Source: Salpingoeca rosetta
Taxonomy: Eukaryota; Protista; Choanoflagellata
Direction of reading: 5' to 3'
Length of the DNA stretch: 64,000 bases
NCBI GenBank assembly: GCA_033442325.1
Contig: JAWQFM010000020.1
Coordinates: 73,523 to 137,522 of the forward strand
Shown here: positions 1 through 22,197 of the stretch, piece after piece
How positions within the stretch are numbered: position 1 is the stretch's first letter
Layout: the number at the start of each line of letters is the position of its first letter
The notes under the pieces: generated by a model
The model's input: only the letters and a program-made list of their open reading frames with translations
What the model was told of the DNA's origin: nothing
The model's database searches: none
Position numbers and translations under genes: made by a program

Positions 1-1545
1 CACCATCGTCGCCACCATCATCGCCATTGCTGTTGTCGTTGTCGTTGTTGTGGTGGTGTTCGGGCGGTTCAACCGCATCTGTAATCTCCGGAAGGTCTCC
101 ATCATCCCCAACGTTAATCAACACTTGATCGTCATCGTCATCGTCATCGTCATTGGCATGGAAGCTGTTGCCTGACCGCGTGGGAGTGGCTTCAGCCGTG
201 TGAGCTGGACCTGTGCTTGTTGATCGCTGATCTTCTCTTGACGCATGAGGCTGCTGCTGCCTCTGTTGTGATTGCTGCTGGGAGTCGTGAGATGGCTGTT
301 GTAGTGGTTGCTGCTGTTGCTCTTGCTGCTGCTGCTGCTGCTGCTGCGATTGTTGGTGCGGCGGTGTTGTGCCGACGGCTGCATGCACGCTTCGCTCCAG
401 GTTCTGCTGCTCAAGCGAGTGCAAAATGTGCTTGTAACCGAGGGCAAGCGCGGCTGCGAGGGCGCCGGGTACGCTGTTCTCCCCAAGCATCTCAACGGCC
501 TTCTTGTCCTTGTTGCGCACGGCAAAGTACAGCGCACTCCGCCCAAACGCGTTTGTCGCATTCACTGCAAAAAAAAAAGAGGGAAATGGAAGCGGGAGCG
601 GGCGGTGCGAGCGCGGGGTGAGGCCAACTGTTGACTTGTGTGCATGTGTACATATATGTGTGTGTGTGCGTGTGTGTGCGTGTGTGTGCGTGTGTGCCTT
701 CACCAATAGCAATGTGGTGCTATGCACTCACCAATGCACCAACGCACCAACGCACCGACACGCACCATCACAGCCCGCAGCGATGAGCAGCTGTGCGATT
801 TCAAGATAGTAACGCTTCCGGTGCTTCAAGCACAGCATCAGAGGCGTCATGCCTGTGCCATCCCTATCCAAACACAAATACACGCACACAGATATACACA
901 TGCATACGCACACACATGCACACAGATACGCACACATGCACACAGATACGCACACATGCACACACAACAAGAGTGAGTGAACCCCTGGTGTGATATCAGC
1001 ACCAGCATCTATCCAGCCAATCACGCCCACACACTCGCACATACTGTGTGGCCTGCTTACATGAGGTCGACGTTTGCCTTGTGGTTGATGAGCTGTGTGG
1101 CAACCTCGAAGGAGCCGTGGATGCAGGCGACGTGCAGGGCCGTCTGCCGCGTGCGAGGATGCACCTCGTTCACGTTCGCGCCATACTCTGTCATGAGGTG
1201 GAAGCAGTCCTCAATGTCATTGGCCTCTGCATCTGCAAAGAGGGTGTGCTGCTTGAACGTTGTGGCCCTGCTCCGGTGCTGCGGCGATCCGGCCACGGGC
1301 GACGCCGCCAGCGACCTCATCTGTTGCCGGTGCCATGCGGAAGGGGCGGTGTCGTACCCACCACCGTGCGACGACGAGGACGACCCGTGCCTGCTGACGC
1401 CTGCGCGTGCAAGGTGCGGGGTCGAAGCACTCAGCGCGCTGCGCAGCGAGTCCTCTGCACTCCGCCCATGAGGGTGGTGGTGTCTGCGTTGCTTCTTGAG
1501 CTGCCGCTTCGCCCAGTACAGCTCCTGCCACTCATCACCGTCCAT
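1..1545 (-). CDS. Ankyrin-repeat protein, 3' end outside window (exons ~1545-1061, ~863-766, ~565-<1)
   Basis: GT-AG splicing joins in frame: ...GANVNEVHPRTRQTALHVACIHGSFEVATQLINHKANVDLM|DGTGMTPLMLCLKH..AQLLIAAGCD|VNATNAFGRSALYFAVRN. This gives about three ankyrin repeats followed by a Q/D-rich low-complexity tail. Confidence 0.8.
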
Positions 1546-1644
1546 CGTCGCCGTGGTTGTCTTGTTGTCGTCTCGTTGTGCTTTGATTGGTTTTTTTTTT
1601 TTTGTGTGTGTGTGTGGAAGGAAGAGAAGATAAGGCACAAAACA

Positions 1645-1692
<48 letters not shown>

Positions 1693-1753
1693 CCACAACA
1701 AGCACGCACTGCACTGCACTCTTGCACACAGAGTCCACTGCTGAGCTTGAGCC
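1546..1753. promoter_or_regulatory. Probable compact bidirectional promoter (ankyrin gene / aminopeptidase)
   Basis: Two divergent ATGs ~208 bp apart. The interval holds a poly-T run and a (CA)n tract. Confidence 0.45.
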
Positions 1754-9595
<7,842 letters not shown>

Positions 9596-9751
9596 AGGAT
9601 GGCGATGAGGGTCAGTGATGAGGGTCAGTGATGAGGGCTGATCATGAGTGTGGTGGTGGTGATGATTGTTGCTGGAGGTGATTGCATGGTCACTATTTCT
9701 GTTGGTTCGTGACCCGGAACTTGCTTTCTTGCTTGCTGCCCCTGGCTTGTT

Positions 9752-9840
<89 letters not shown>

Positions 9841-10181
9841 CCCCTCGCTTCCGTTGAGCACCTGTGTTTGTGCTGCTGTGCTGCTGTGCTACTGTACTGT
9901 CTCTTCTGCTTGCATGATGTGTGCGAGGGCACTGGTTGTTGTCTTGTGCTGAGCAACTGGGTTGTATCACATTTTGTTACATTCTCCCAATGAAACCCCA
10001 GTCTCGCCAAGCGGTAAAGTGTGCGAGACACGAGACACTGACGCCGGGTAACACGGCACAAACCATGGACAGGTGGATGGGAAGTAAGGGGGCCAGGGAG
10101 AGGGAACCAGGGAGGGGGAGGGAGGAGAGAAAAACAGACACAGACATGCAACACGCACATACTCACGCACTCCCAGACAGA

Positions 10182-10447
10182 TCAAGGACAAGACGAGGGG
10201 TCGATTTGCAACTGACAGCGGAGCGCCTGCACTTGCGTGAACACGGGCTGCTGTTGCCCGTTTGTAAGCACGTATGCATATCCATCCTTGTCTCCCCACG
10301 TTGCATCCTGCCGTGATGACGAGTCGAGAATGTGGAGATGATGGAGGAAGCTGAATTGGTATGGGAGGGACAAGTGTTGACAAACAAGTGGTGGAGGCCA
10401 CCACTGACACGCGCAAGCCTTTCGCACACGAGCGTTTCAATTCATCA

Positions 10448-10513
<66 letters not shown>

Positions 10514-10876
10514 ACACACCAGCACCTGCAGCATGAACGGCATGACGCCCAAGATGCGGTCGTCTGCGAGCCAGAGCTGTTGATACGCCGTCACCGTCCA
10601 CGCCGCCTTGTTGTCTTCGGAGCACGGCGGCAAACCTGCGAGGACGTGGAGACGTGGTGGCATGTTGTGAGTCGCAGCAACTGCAAGGCAGAGAGCTAAA
10701 CGAATCACACACACACGCACACACAGGTGCAGAGAGCTAAAAGAATCACACACACACACACGCACGCACGCGCGCTCACTCACTCACTCACTCACTCACT
10801 CACTCACACACACACACTGTCTCTCACACACACACACTGTCTCACACACACACACTCTCTCTCTCACTCACACACT

Positions 10877-10908
<32 letters not shown>

Positions 10909-11998
10909 TACCTTGTGTGTGCGATGCCCATCCCGTTTCGGTGATGAGAACGGGGAGATCCGGGCGCGTGTGATTGAGCTCAAGTCGATAATACGTCAAA
11001 CCAGGGCCAGCCTGATCGTGAGATGGTCATGGTGGTGATGGGAGAACAGGAGGAGGAGGATGTTATGGTGGAAGGGCGGCACAACCACAAGAACCGGTGA
11101 ACAAGTAGGCCCAAACACATGCGCACACGGCCGTCTTGGACATGCGCATGCACCCTCACTCGTCGCATAAAGTGACCTGGCTGAAAGGAACGTTGAAGCT
11201 GTAACCAATGCCAGAGGCCGGATACGAGTGTGTGGCGAGAAAGTCGGCATACGACCACACTTTTGGATACGCAGCTGTCATGGCGTCCATGAACTGAAGC
11301 CCAGTGATACCGGGCGAGTCTCCACTGCAGCTCTGTGAACCACAGCAGCCGCACTACACACATGCACACGCACGCAACGATAGAGAAATGGAATTGATGT
11401 CAAGCACAATCCAGTGCACGAAATAGAAGGTGAGCGCAAGTGAGGGGTAGCACGACAATCATCATCACAAGCCCGATCAACGCACACACACACACATACA
11501 CACACACACACACACACGCACGCACACACACACACACGAACCTTGAGAGCACCACCCGGGGCGAGTGGCGCGGGCCCGACCTTCAAATTCGGATCACCGA
11601 TGGCTTTGACGGCTGCAGCGACGTAGAGATAGAAGGCAGCAAACTCGCTGGCAATCTCCGTGTAGGACAGCGGCTGCCCAGCTTGCCCGCAGTACCACTC
11701 ATAGCACTGAGACGGGGGAGGGGAAGGGTTACAGGTGAGGACAAAGGTGAATGTATTCAACAATGGGAATAGCGACTGTGGGCTTCCTCGAACCGCGCAA
11801 GCAGTGAACGCAACAAGCATCGTGGGCCAGCGCAACACACCAGGTCTGGTTCGTTTTCGATTTGCAGCCACAACGGTGCGTTGCTGGAACGCGGCAGCTG
11901 AGAGACGACGCGCACAAATGCCGCGGCAAGCGACGTGTAGTTGTGGTGGTTCGCATCGTCACTCATGTCCCTTACGAAAAAAAGTTCGCACAGCGCGT

Positions 11999-12079
<81 letters not shown>

Positions 12080-12841
12080 GACAGGGGCCGTGAGCCTCCA
12101 CGGATGAGTTTGACTCGTTCGCAGCATCCCAGCACTCACAGCAAGTAAGAGCGGATGCATGCACTGTTGTTGGCGTGTGTACCTGTAATGGGACTGGCCC
12201 CAAGGAGGGCTGAGGCGCAGCACAACGTTCATGTTCAGTCCTTGCAACGTCTTGATGGAATTGACCCAAGACGGCTGCGGGCCTGTGAGAGAAAGTACAT
12301 GCGTGTGTGTGGGTGCGTGTGTATGAGTGTGTGTATGAGTGAGAGAAAAGGGGAGCACATGTGTATGTGCGTGTGTGCGTGCGTGTGTGCATGCGTGTGA
12401 ATGTGCATACTCACACACATGGCGCGCATAAGTGCAGTGTACCTGTCGTGGACAAATCAATGCCGGCCAGTGTCAACAGGACCCATCCTCCGCTGCCTGT
12501 TATTCAATCGCGGCCAAGTACAGGCAGGTAAGCGCTCAAGCCAAGTCTTCACTGCACTCTCCGACACACACATGCACACACATGCACATGCACACATACT
12601 TGTACAAACTCATACACACAAGCTCGTACACACAAGCTCTTCACACGCACACACCTGCAAGTTGGTGGGCGAGGTCCAGCTGCCGTGAGTTGCCCTCACT
12701 CACAAGGCCAATACCAAACTTGTTGTTGCTGCTGCTGCTGCTGCCGCTGCTGCTGCTGCCCGCAATGATGTTGGCAGTGAACGCATGAGCTCCGTTGCTG
12801 CTCACAAACACCAACACCACCAGCCACAAACAACACAACAT
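10182..12841 (-). CDS. Secreted glycoside hydrolase, clan GH-A TIM barrel, bacterial-like; multi-exon
   Basis: Signal peptide MLCCLWLVVLVFVSSNGAHA. Spliced motifs: NNKFGIGL, GGWVLLTL, VVLRLSPPW, LQIENEPDL (acid/base Glu), FLATHSYP, LPVLITETGW (nucleophile Glu), LWLADDRILGVMPFMLQ. Ends ...IDPSSCP*. Confidence 0.75.
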
Positions 12842-12991
12842 CTTAGCTCTTGTCCTTCGGGAAGAATTGTAGATATCATCGATTGAATTTCTGGTTGAGT
12901 CATCATCATCATCATCCCGCACCGCGACCCCGCATTCACGTTATGACTGACGCGCACGCCATCCTCATCGACGAGCGGAGCCGGGGAAAAG
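12842..12991. promoter_or_regulatory. Probable ~150-bp bidirectional promoter
   Basis: Divergent ATGs at 12841 (-) and 12992 (+). Confidence 0.45.
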
Positions 12992-14389
12992 ATGGAGGCG
13001 GAGTTGGGGAACGCGGACGCCTTTGGTACACCAAAGCAGCACCAGGTCTACGCGCGTGTGCGGCGACCAGACCGCGTGCAGTTGGATGGGCTTGCAGACA
13101 TCGAGGATGGCCTGCGCAGGTTTGATCGTCGATTGCAGCGAGAGCAACGAAAGCAGGACACGGACAACAACGACAACGACAATGATGATGATGATGATGA
13201 CGATGAGAACGATGGGCGAGAAGGGTTTGTCGAAGTGGCCCGGCCATTACCGCCAGAGTTTTACGCCGAAGCGACGTCGTGCAAGGAGCATGTCCGAGCC
13301 ATTCTCGTTGCGGATCCGCCGCGCGTCACCATGCAGCCGCGATCCATGCACGCGAAACGCGCCATGTTGGAGGAGGCCTGCAAGCTGCGGCACCCTGCCA
13401 TTTGCGTGCAGATTGTGAAGTGGCTCTACTCCAGCCTGAACTCCAACACATTTGTCAAGCTCATGGCGTCCTACCCGTGGGCCATCACACAGTTCCTGAA
13501 TCACCTGCGAAGACGACAGGACATGGACACCTTCACACTCGTGTACGTTGTGTCACATGCAGATGTGCCCCATGTGTGCGTGTGCGTGCGAGCTTTGTGT
13601 GTACGTGCGTGTGTGCGTGTGTGTGTGTGCATGTGTGTGTGCATGTGTATATGTGTGTGTGTGTGAGCACTTGTGTGTTTGACCATGACGTGATGTGACT
13701 TGGCGCCGTCCTTCCATGCTGTGCCGCTGACGGTTGAGCACCTCAAATCACACACACACACACACACATGCACATGCACACATGCACGTGGACACACATG
13801 CACACACGCTTGTTTGCTGCTCTTGGCATCAGGTCAAGGTTAATGGAGCGAGGGTCACATGCAGGCGAGCTGCAGCTGGCTCAAGCGTTAGCAGAGCCAA
13901 TGTAAGCGTTAGCGTTTTAGGGGTTTGAGGGGAGGCAGTGAGGCAGACTGCGTGTTGTCGCAGCTAACACACACACACACACATATGCACACACACACAC
14001 ACATGCACACACACATATGCACACACTTGCGTGTTGTGCTGCAGGGACATGCGATCCCACCGCAAGTTGGAGCTGCTGCTGCTGACGGAGCCGCCTGGCA
14101 GCCCCATTGAGGAGCATGTTGTCTATATCCAGGACCTGTGTGCACGAGTGACGTGTGGTGCTCAGGCCCTCTCCGACGAGAGCGCCGCGCTGACGCTGAA
14201 CGCATGCACGCCCGCGCTCATACATTACCGCGTGCCGACGGAGACGGCGGTGGTCGACATCAACGCCAACGTTCTCATTACCACGTGGTCGCGTGCAATT
14301 GGACTGCTTGACCAGCAGCTTCCAGAGCATCTCGACGCCTTGCTTGCCGAGCTCAACACCGCCTCCTTCCCGCTGTACGTCTTGTACTC

Positions 14390-14427
<38 letters not shown>

Positions 14428-14638
14428 GTGTGTGTCTGTGTGTGTGTCTGTATGTGCGTGTGTGTCTGTATGTGCGTGCGTGCGTGTCTGTGTGTGTGTG
14501 TGTGTGTCTGTGTGTGTCTGTGTGTGTGTGTGTGTGTATGTGTGTGTGTGTGTACTCCAGGCTGTGACGGCCGGATGCAATGGCTGTTCGCGCATGCAAA
14601 TAGCTGTTCACCGTCACGTTCAGCCCCTTATGAACTGC

Positions 14639-14700
<62 letters not shown>

Positions 14701-15364
14701 GCTGCTGCTTTGTTTCACCACTTGTCCTCGCAGCCTCAATCGCATGCACGCGTACCTCGCGCGCCGCTGTCGCCTTCATCGAAAGCCCGTCAAGGATGCT
14801 GTGCTGCAAGTGCTGATACACCGCACCACGTGTCTCCAGCCAACCGCCCTTGCCTTCCAGGCACTGGCCGTGCTGGGCGCAGACAGGGAGGCGCTGGCTG
14901 TGATTGCGCAATTGGGGGAACACGCCCAGTTTGACGAGCTTGCAAGCATCAACCACGCCATTGCGCTCTGGAGTGTCAACGGCAACAGCACAGAGGCGCG
15001 CGTGCTTCTTCACGCACACGCGCACCGATCGCAGTACCGCGACGCAATCACGACTGCACTCGAACAGGTGCCCCTCATGCGCACGCTGGTGCAGGCCGTG
15101 TACGACACCACGAAGCAGTTCAGCCATCCTGGCGGCTGGATGCGACGGCGGAGGCAGCACGCCGCGCTCTCGTCATCGCCGTCACCTGACAGGGCGGGCT
15201 CGGCAAACCACCAACCATCACCAGCGTCATCATCATCGCCGTTGTCATCCGCAGCTTTGCATGATGGCATCAGGGCCATTATGAGGCCGTCTGTCACGAA
15301 CGCGGGAAATTACTTCTCGCAACTGCTCTTCTCGCTTGGGGACGCAGTAGGTCGGCCGGCATGA
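12992..15364 (+). CDS. Helical protein, possibly VIPAS39/SPE-39 (Vps16 C-terminal-like); 3' end uncertain
   Basis: Three coding-like exons (12992-~13542, ~14045-14375, ~14734-15364). [49 protein letters not shown] resembles the VIPAS39 segment RSLQDKLQLLEEA..GNVITAVLIFLKRTL as I recall it. Acidic N-terminal region. Confidence 0.45.
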
Positions 15365-15401
15365 CCGCTGGTGTTGATTGCGTGCGTACATTTTTCTGTG
15401 C

Positions 15402-15494
<93 letters not shown>

Positions 15495-15941
15495 GCACCC
15501 ACGCAATGCCAAGCAGCCACATTTATTCGACAACCGTTACACCTCCCTTTCCGCGCGTTCCCTACTATCCCTCGCGTTACGAAACACACTATCCTCATGT
15601 GTGACTACAAGTGCTGTTGGCCTGTTGATTCGAGCGAGAACGGAATGTGGAAACAGCACAATAACACTGCACAAGAAACCAGTCAGGACCAAGAAAACAC
15701 ACAAGCAGTCGCTGCCGAGTTGCAGAAAGCAGACGAGGGGGAAAAAGAGGGGAAGAAAGCGAACAACACCAGAGAGAAGGGAGGGGGAGAGGAAACGAAT
15801 CTTGAATCAACAGCGTGGATGTGTGCAGGTGTGGTCAAGCTTGTGATGCATGAGGTAATGCCGGCAATGCAGACCTACACACACGAGTCAGGACAAACTA
15901 CACACTGCACAAACACACACATGGGCGCGTGTGTTGGGCTG

Positions 15942-16970
15942 CTACGCGTCGTACGAATCCATCGGAGGGCACGAGCACATGAGGTTCTTGTCGCCTGCAA
16001 GAAAAAAATGGGGGGGGGGGGGCGGACAGGGGAGGCAAATCATTCCAGGGTAAGGACGAGTGTTTGTGTGCATGAATGTATGTGCGCATTTGTGTGTGTC
16101 TTCACGTGTCTGTGTACATACGTGCATGTGTGCATGTATGTGTGTGCACGTATGTGTGTGCGCATGTGTAGCATGCGTGTGCATGTGTTGACATCTCTGT
16201 GTGTGTGCCTCTGCCTCTGCCTCTGCCTCTTGCCCGTCACCCCTCCTCTGTCTGTCTCTTGTCACCGTCACTTCCCCTCCATCCCCCCCCCTCTCCAACG
16301 TACCAAACGCGTCGTCAACACGGCCGCAGCCCGGCCACGTCTTGCCTTCCTTCAGGAACGCCACGGGGTACGCGGCCTTCTCCCGCGAGTACGGCCGCGT
16401 CCACTCTTCAGCCAGCACAAACTGCACACAGACACATGCCGATGCCAACGTGAGATCCGGGTGTCAACGTCACACCAAAGTGAGCTGGAGGCAAACACCA
16501 GCATCATGCACATGTGCGTACCGTTTGCGGGTGTGGCGCGTTGACAATGACGTTGTCGTCCTGCGGGTACTTCCCGTCCATCACCTCCTGGATCTCGTGG
16601 CGGATTCTGGAGTGCACAGGTGACGGGTGGTGGTGATTGGTGGTGGATGGTGTTCAGGGGGCAAGTTCGAGCGTGAAACATGAAGTGGTGTTCAAAGCAA
16701 CAACGCAAAGGGGCACCATGTGCACGTGACTGTAAACAACAACAAGCAAAGGTGGCACGATATCAACGCATCAACGCAATGGCACACTCAAGGCACATGT
16801 ATGAATGGTGATGATGCTGGCCATGAGAACTCACTGAATGAGAGCATCGACGTAGCGGTCGAGCTCGTCCTTGCTCTCGCTCTCCGTCGGCTCAATCATG
16901 AGGGAATCCGGCACCGGCCACGACACCGTTGGGCTGTGGAAGCCATAGTCCTGATGCATGCAAGACACGC

Positions 16971-17048
<78 letters not shown>

Positions 17049-18759
17049 TGAATTGTTGTTGAGAGGGCGATTTGAAGGCTTTGAATGAAACAGATTGATT
17101 GATACACGCATACGCAGCCACGCTCGTGTTGACCAAGTACGCAAGCAGACAATACCCAAAGAATCAGACACACGAACGAGCCGACGAGCAGCCAAGCAAG
17201 AAGCAACAACCAAGCAAGCATGAACAGACCTGAAGGCGCTTTGCGACGTCGGTGCAGGTGATGCCGTACTTCTTGAACGGGGCGAAACTGACGATGAATT
17301 CGTGTGCAACGCAGCCGCGCTTGCCCCTGTTGGCAGACACCGAGGGGGAAGAGGTAATGGGAATGGGTGGTGAGCAACACGCACAAGAGACAGCAAAACA
17401 TGAATGCACACGAACACATGCAAATACTCACGTGATAAGCACACAAACACATATTCGCGTGACAAGTTTCACGCCAACCCGTGCATGCACGCACGCAATA
17501 GAGCAGCACCTGAAGGCGACTTCATAGTAGTCCTTGAGGCGGTGGGCCATGTAGTTTGCATTGAGAATGGCAACGGCGCTGCTCATGCGAAGACCCTCAG
17601 CACCCATCATCCGGATGTAGGACCTGGCCCGTGAAGAGGATCACACATCATGTGTATGTGGGTGTGTGCATGTGTTTGCAATGTGTGTGTGTGTTTGCGC
17701 GCGCGCGCGCGTGTGTGTGTGTGTTTGCGTGTGTGTTTTTGCGCGCGCGTGTGTGTGTGTGTGTGAGGGAGTAACACACGGACAGACGGACAGCCAGCCA
17801 GACAAACAGGCAGGCAGGCAGACAGACAGACAGCATATGCAGTGGTCACACGCAACAAACATGCTCAAAGGAACACATGCACGCACCAGGAAATGGGCAT
17901 GATGAGACTGGAGCCGTAAGGACTGGCTGACACCTGGCGGAACTTGTGTCCTGTTGTTGTGAGAAGTTGTTGTTGTGTGAGAACACATTCAAACGGGGCA
18001 CAGTTGGAATTGATGGTGACTCGAAGAAGCAGCAAGGCACACAAAGGACAAGCACAAGGCGGTCAACGAGAACAACAAGAAAAAGAACAAGATTAAGGTG
18101 CGCAGATGCACAAATCATCACGCGAAGGGCAGCAACAGGCACACACGTGCAAAGCGTACCTTCAGCTGTCATGACGTGGCCAGGGAGGAAAGGAGCGAGG
18201 TGGGACTGCCATATTGGTAGCAATGGACCAGGAAGGCAGGCATGTGAGCATGCACGACAGAGAACATGTGAAACACCATAGTCAGAGAGCGACAAACAGA
18301 CGCACGAAGGCGGACGGACAGAGTGAGCAAGCAAACACGCTTACATGAAACACGCACACACACATGAAACACGCACACATGAAACACACGCGTGCGTGCA
18401 CGTGCCCTCACACCTTGACGCCAATTGGGCCCATGCCGGGACCGCCACCGCCGTGGGGGATGCAGAAGGTCTTGTGGAGGTTGAGGTGGGACACGTCTGA
18501 GCCGTAGTCACCAGGGCGGCACAGCATCATCTGCGCGTTCATGTTCGCGCCATCGAGATACACCTGTGCGCCGTAACCGTGCACCGTCTCGCAAATCTCG
18601 CGCACAGACTCGTCAAAAACGCCATATGTGCTCGGGTACGTGATCTACAAATGCATGCAGGCAATTGACATGGTGTTGAGCACAGGAGTGGGTCAGCTGC
18701 GCGATGAAAAAAAGGCGTGGGTGGCAAACAAGCGCAGTCACAACAAAACACACACATGT

Positions 18760-18801
<42 letters not shown>

Positions 18802-18806
18802 ACACA

Positions 18807-18869
<63 letters not shown>

Positions 18870-20472
18870 ATGATGGCTGCGAGGTTGTTCTTGTGTTTCT
18901 CGCACTGCTCGCGCAGGTGATCCATGTCAATGTCACCCTGCTTGGTCACCCGCACCTTGGCCACGCGCATGCCTGGCAGTGCATACACATCCAAACAGAA
19001 AACCGTGACAGCGGAAAGAGCATTTTTGGTGAGTGCTGTGCATAATGGAAGATGGGAGTGGAGAAAGAGGGAACAAGCAAACGCACGAAATGGGAAATCA
19101 CAACACAAATCAAACAAAGCAACGCAAGTTAACCGAACAGAGACAAACGGGTATGTATGCCAGCGACCACGCCAGCGTGTGGGACGACTGTACATACCGC
19201 ACATGGTGGCGGTTGCGGGGTTGGTGCCGTGAGCAGACTCTGGAATCAAGCACACGTCACGGTGGCCCTCGCCCCTATCATGCACACATTCACACGCACA
19301 TGTACACGGGTGAGTGGCGGCGGTGGGTGGTGGTGGTGGTGAGTTGGCCCGCGCATGCTGGCGATCACGATTACAATACGAAGGGAACAGCACGTGCTCG
19401 GGTTTAAGGAAGCCGCCATGAATGCATGAGCCTCAAGACGTCAACGACAGACGAGGGGCGGAAGGGGAAGGGGAGACGAAACAGGAGGGGTGAATGAAGA
19501 GGACGCACTTGCTCTCAAGGTAGCCGCGAATAGCGAGCATGCCGGCAATCTCGCCCTGTGCACCGCTGTTGGGCTGCAGCGAGACAGCATCGTAGCCGGT
19601 AACTGCACACAGGTCCCTGCATGGGGGCACACGCAAACACAGAGATGGGTGGTCGAGGTGAGTTGGCATGATGCAACCAGGTCGGCGACAACACACCACG
19701 CAGCGTCACACATACAGGCAAGTATATACGCAAGAAAAACAACGGCGCGCACACATGCACGCACGTAAGCAAGCACGCAAGGAAACAGACAGACAGACAG
19801 ACAGACAGACAGACGGACAGATCGACACACACACACAGACACGGACACAAACAGACACGCGCGCGCGCACCTTGCGAGTTCCTCAAAGAGCTCAATGAAC
19901 CCCTGCGCCTGGCTCGGGGGCGCAAACGGATGGATGTTTGCAAACTCGGGCCAGGTCACAGGCTGCATCTCTGTGGCGGCGTTGAGCTTCATCGTGCACG
20001 ACCCAAGCGGAATCATGGAGTGCACCAACGAGATGTCCTTGTTCTATTGCGTTTGAGGGCGCAGAGTAAAGGGGAAACATGTGGAGGGCGTGTGAGGTTG
20101 CAGACTCACCATGGTAGCAACGTCGATCAAGCGAGTGCGGTTGTGACGCAAGTGAAACGAAGCATCTTGGGCAAACAAAAGCACGCATACCAAACATACG
20201 GGCAAAAACACTGCAGTCACCTCCATCTCCACGGTCACCACGAATGAAACACGGCAGCAGCTGTTGCGTTACCTCGAGGTGCTTGCAGTAGCGCATGAGC
20301 TCCGTCTCGCTGTGGTACTTGTTGAAGATCGGGTGGGTGAGGAAGGAGGACGTGCGTTCCAGTTCTCCAAGACGGCGACGTGGCAGATTGGACAGCCGTG
20401 CATTTGCATCCTCGTCCTCCTGTGTACACACAGAGCGAGAGAGAGAGAGGCAGCGTGAGAGTGAGCGCGCGC

Positions 20473-20566
<94 letters not shown>

Positions 20567-21530
20567 CATCAGCGTGAGGGTGGGCCTGGGGAAAAGGTTG
20601 CAGCTGACAGTATACACACACACACACAATATCAACAGCCACAACCACACACAAACAGGCCGTGTGAGCGCGCGCGTGCGTACCATGATGCCGGACTCGG
20701 TGAAGATGGACATGACATCACGCAAATCGCTGGTGGTGACGGTCTCGTCAAGGCTGATGCCGACATCGCCGTCGTCATACTGGCGCAGGTTGATCCCAAG
20801 GTTGTGCGCCTGTTCATGCGTGGGACATGAGCAGCGTGCATGTGCGTGTGTATGAGCAGCGTGCATGTGTGTGTGCATGTGAGTGAGAGGGTGCGAGCGA
20901 TTGCGTGAGTGCGAATGCACGAACAAAAACAGGTGCACGGGCCTTGTTGGCACCACCGCCACTGTTCTCTCCTCTTTCACTTTCTCCTTGTTCTGCCTGC
21001 ACACACCCTGCTCATGATGTGGTCCTGGGTGAGGCCAACGGGCGTGACTTTGATGGTGTCGAAGAAGTAGTCGTTGTTCACAGCATGCCCGCAGTCCGCA
21101 ATCGCTGCATCGTGTGTGTGTGTATGTATGTATGTGTGTATATGTGTGTGCGTGTGTGTGTGTGTGTGTTCATGGTGAGTTCAGCGTGCATGTGAAAATG
21201 CGCTGTATCATTCCAAAACCCCACAGGAGTCAAGACAGCCGATGGGGAGGGGGAAACACCGTACAATCTGCGAGGGCGGATGTCATGTAGTGGACGCGGT
21301 TTGCAATGTTCTTCAGTCCCTGCGGGCCGTGGAACACAGCGTACATGGCCTGATTTCACGTACACACACACACACACACACACCACCACCACCACCACCA
21401 CCACCACCACCGACGGCAAAGCATGTCAATGTGCGAGGCGGTGAGTGAATTGTGTTGGCTCATTGAGCATCACAAACGTGCTGAAAGCAAGCACAGCATC
21501 CAGGCACATGCTTGTATGTGTTGTGTGTGT

Positions 21531-21568
<38 letters not shown>

Positions 21569-22164
21569 TGTGTTTGTGTGTGTGTGCAAGCGTACGGCCA
21601 TGTTAGCGAGGAGGGCCTGGGCGGTGCAAATGTTGGAGGTGGCGCGCTCACGACGGATGTGGTTCTCGCGCGTCTGCAGCGACAAACGGTACGCGCGGTT
21701 GCCGTGCGTGTCCTAATAACACCAAACGAACAGGTATGTGGCGTGTGAATGTGTGTTTGTATGTGTGTTTGTGTGTGAGTTTCTATTTGGAAGCCAGGCA
21801 TGAAGCAGCAGCCGCTGATAAGGGGTCTCCTCAAGCTCACATATGCGCACACACACACGCACGCACACACACGCACGCACGCACACATGCACATAACATG
21901 CACACGTATAAGACGTGACATGCGATGCCTCACCCTGGTAACGCCGATCAGACGGCCCGGTAGGCGGCGAATGAGCTTCTCCGTGCACGACATGAACGCG
22001 GCGTGCGGACCACCGTAGCCTGCAGGGCACACGGAGGACACATCACACGCATGGGTGAGGCCGTGACATGTGTGGTTGGTGGCGACACAACACGACACCC
22101 ACAGAGCACACGTCCACAAAGCTGGGCACAGAGAGAGAGAGAGAGCACACGTCCACAAAGCTGG

Positions 22165-22197
<33 letters not shown>

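Noticed and set aside
12526-12542. 16-mer ggtaagcgctcaagcc shared with the donor site at ~3188
   Set aside because: A single short match with no wider homology or supported antisense exon
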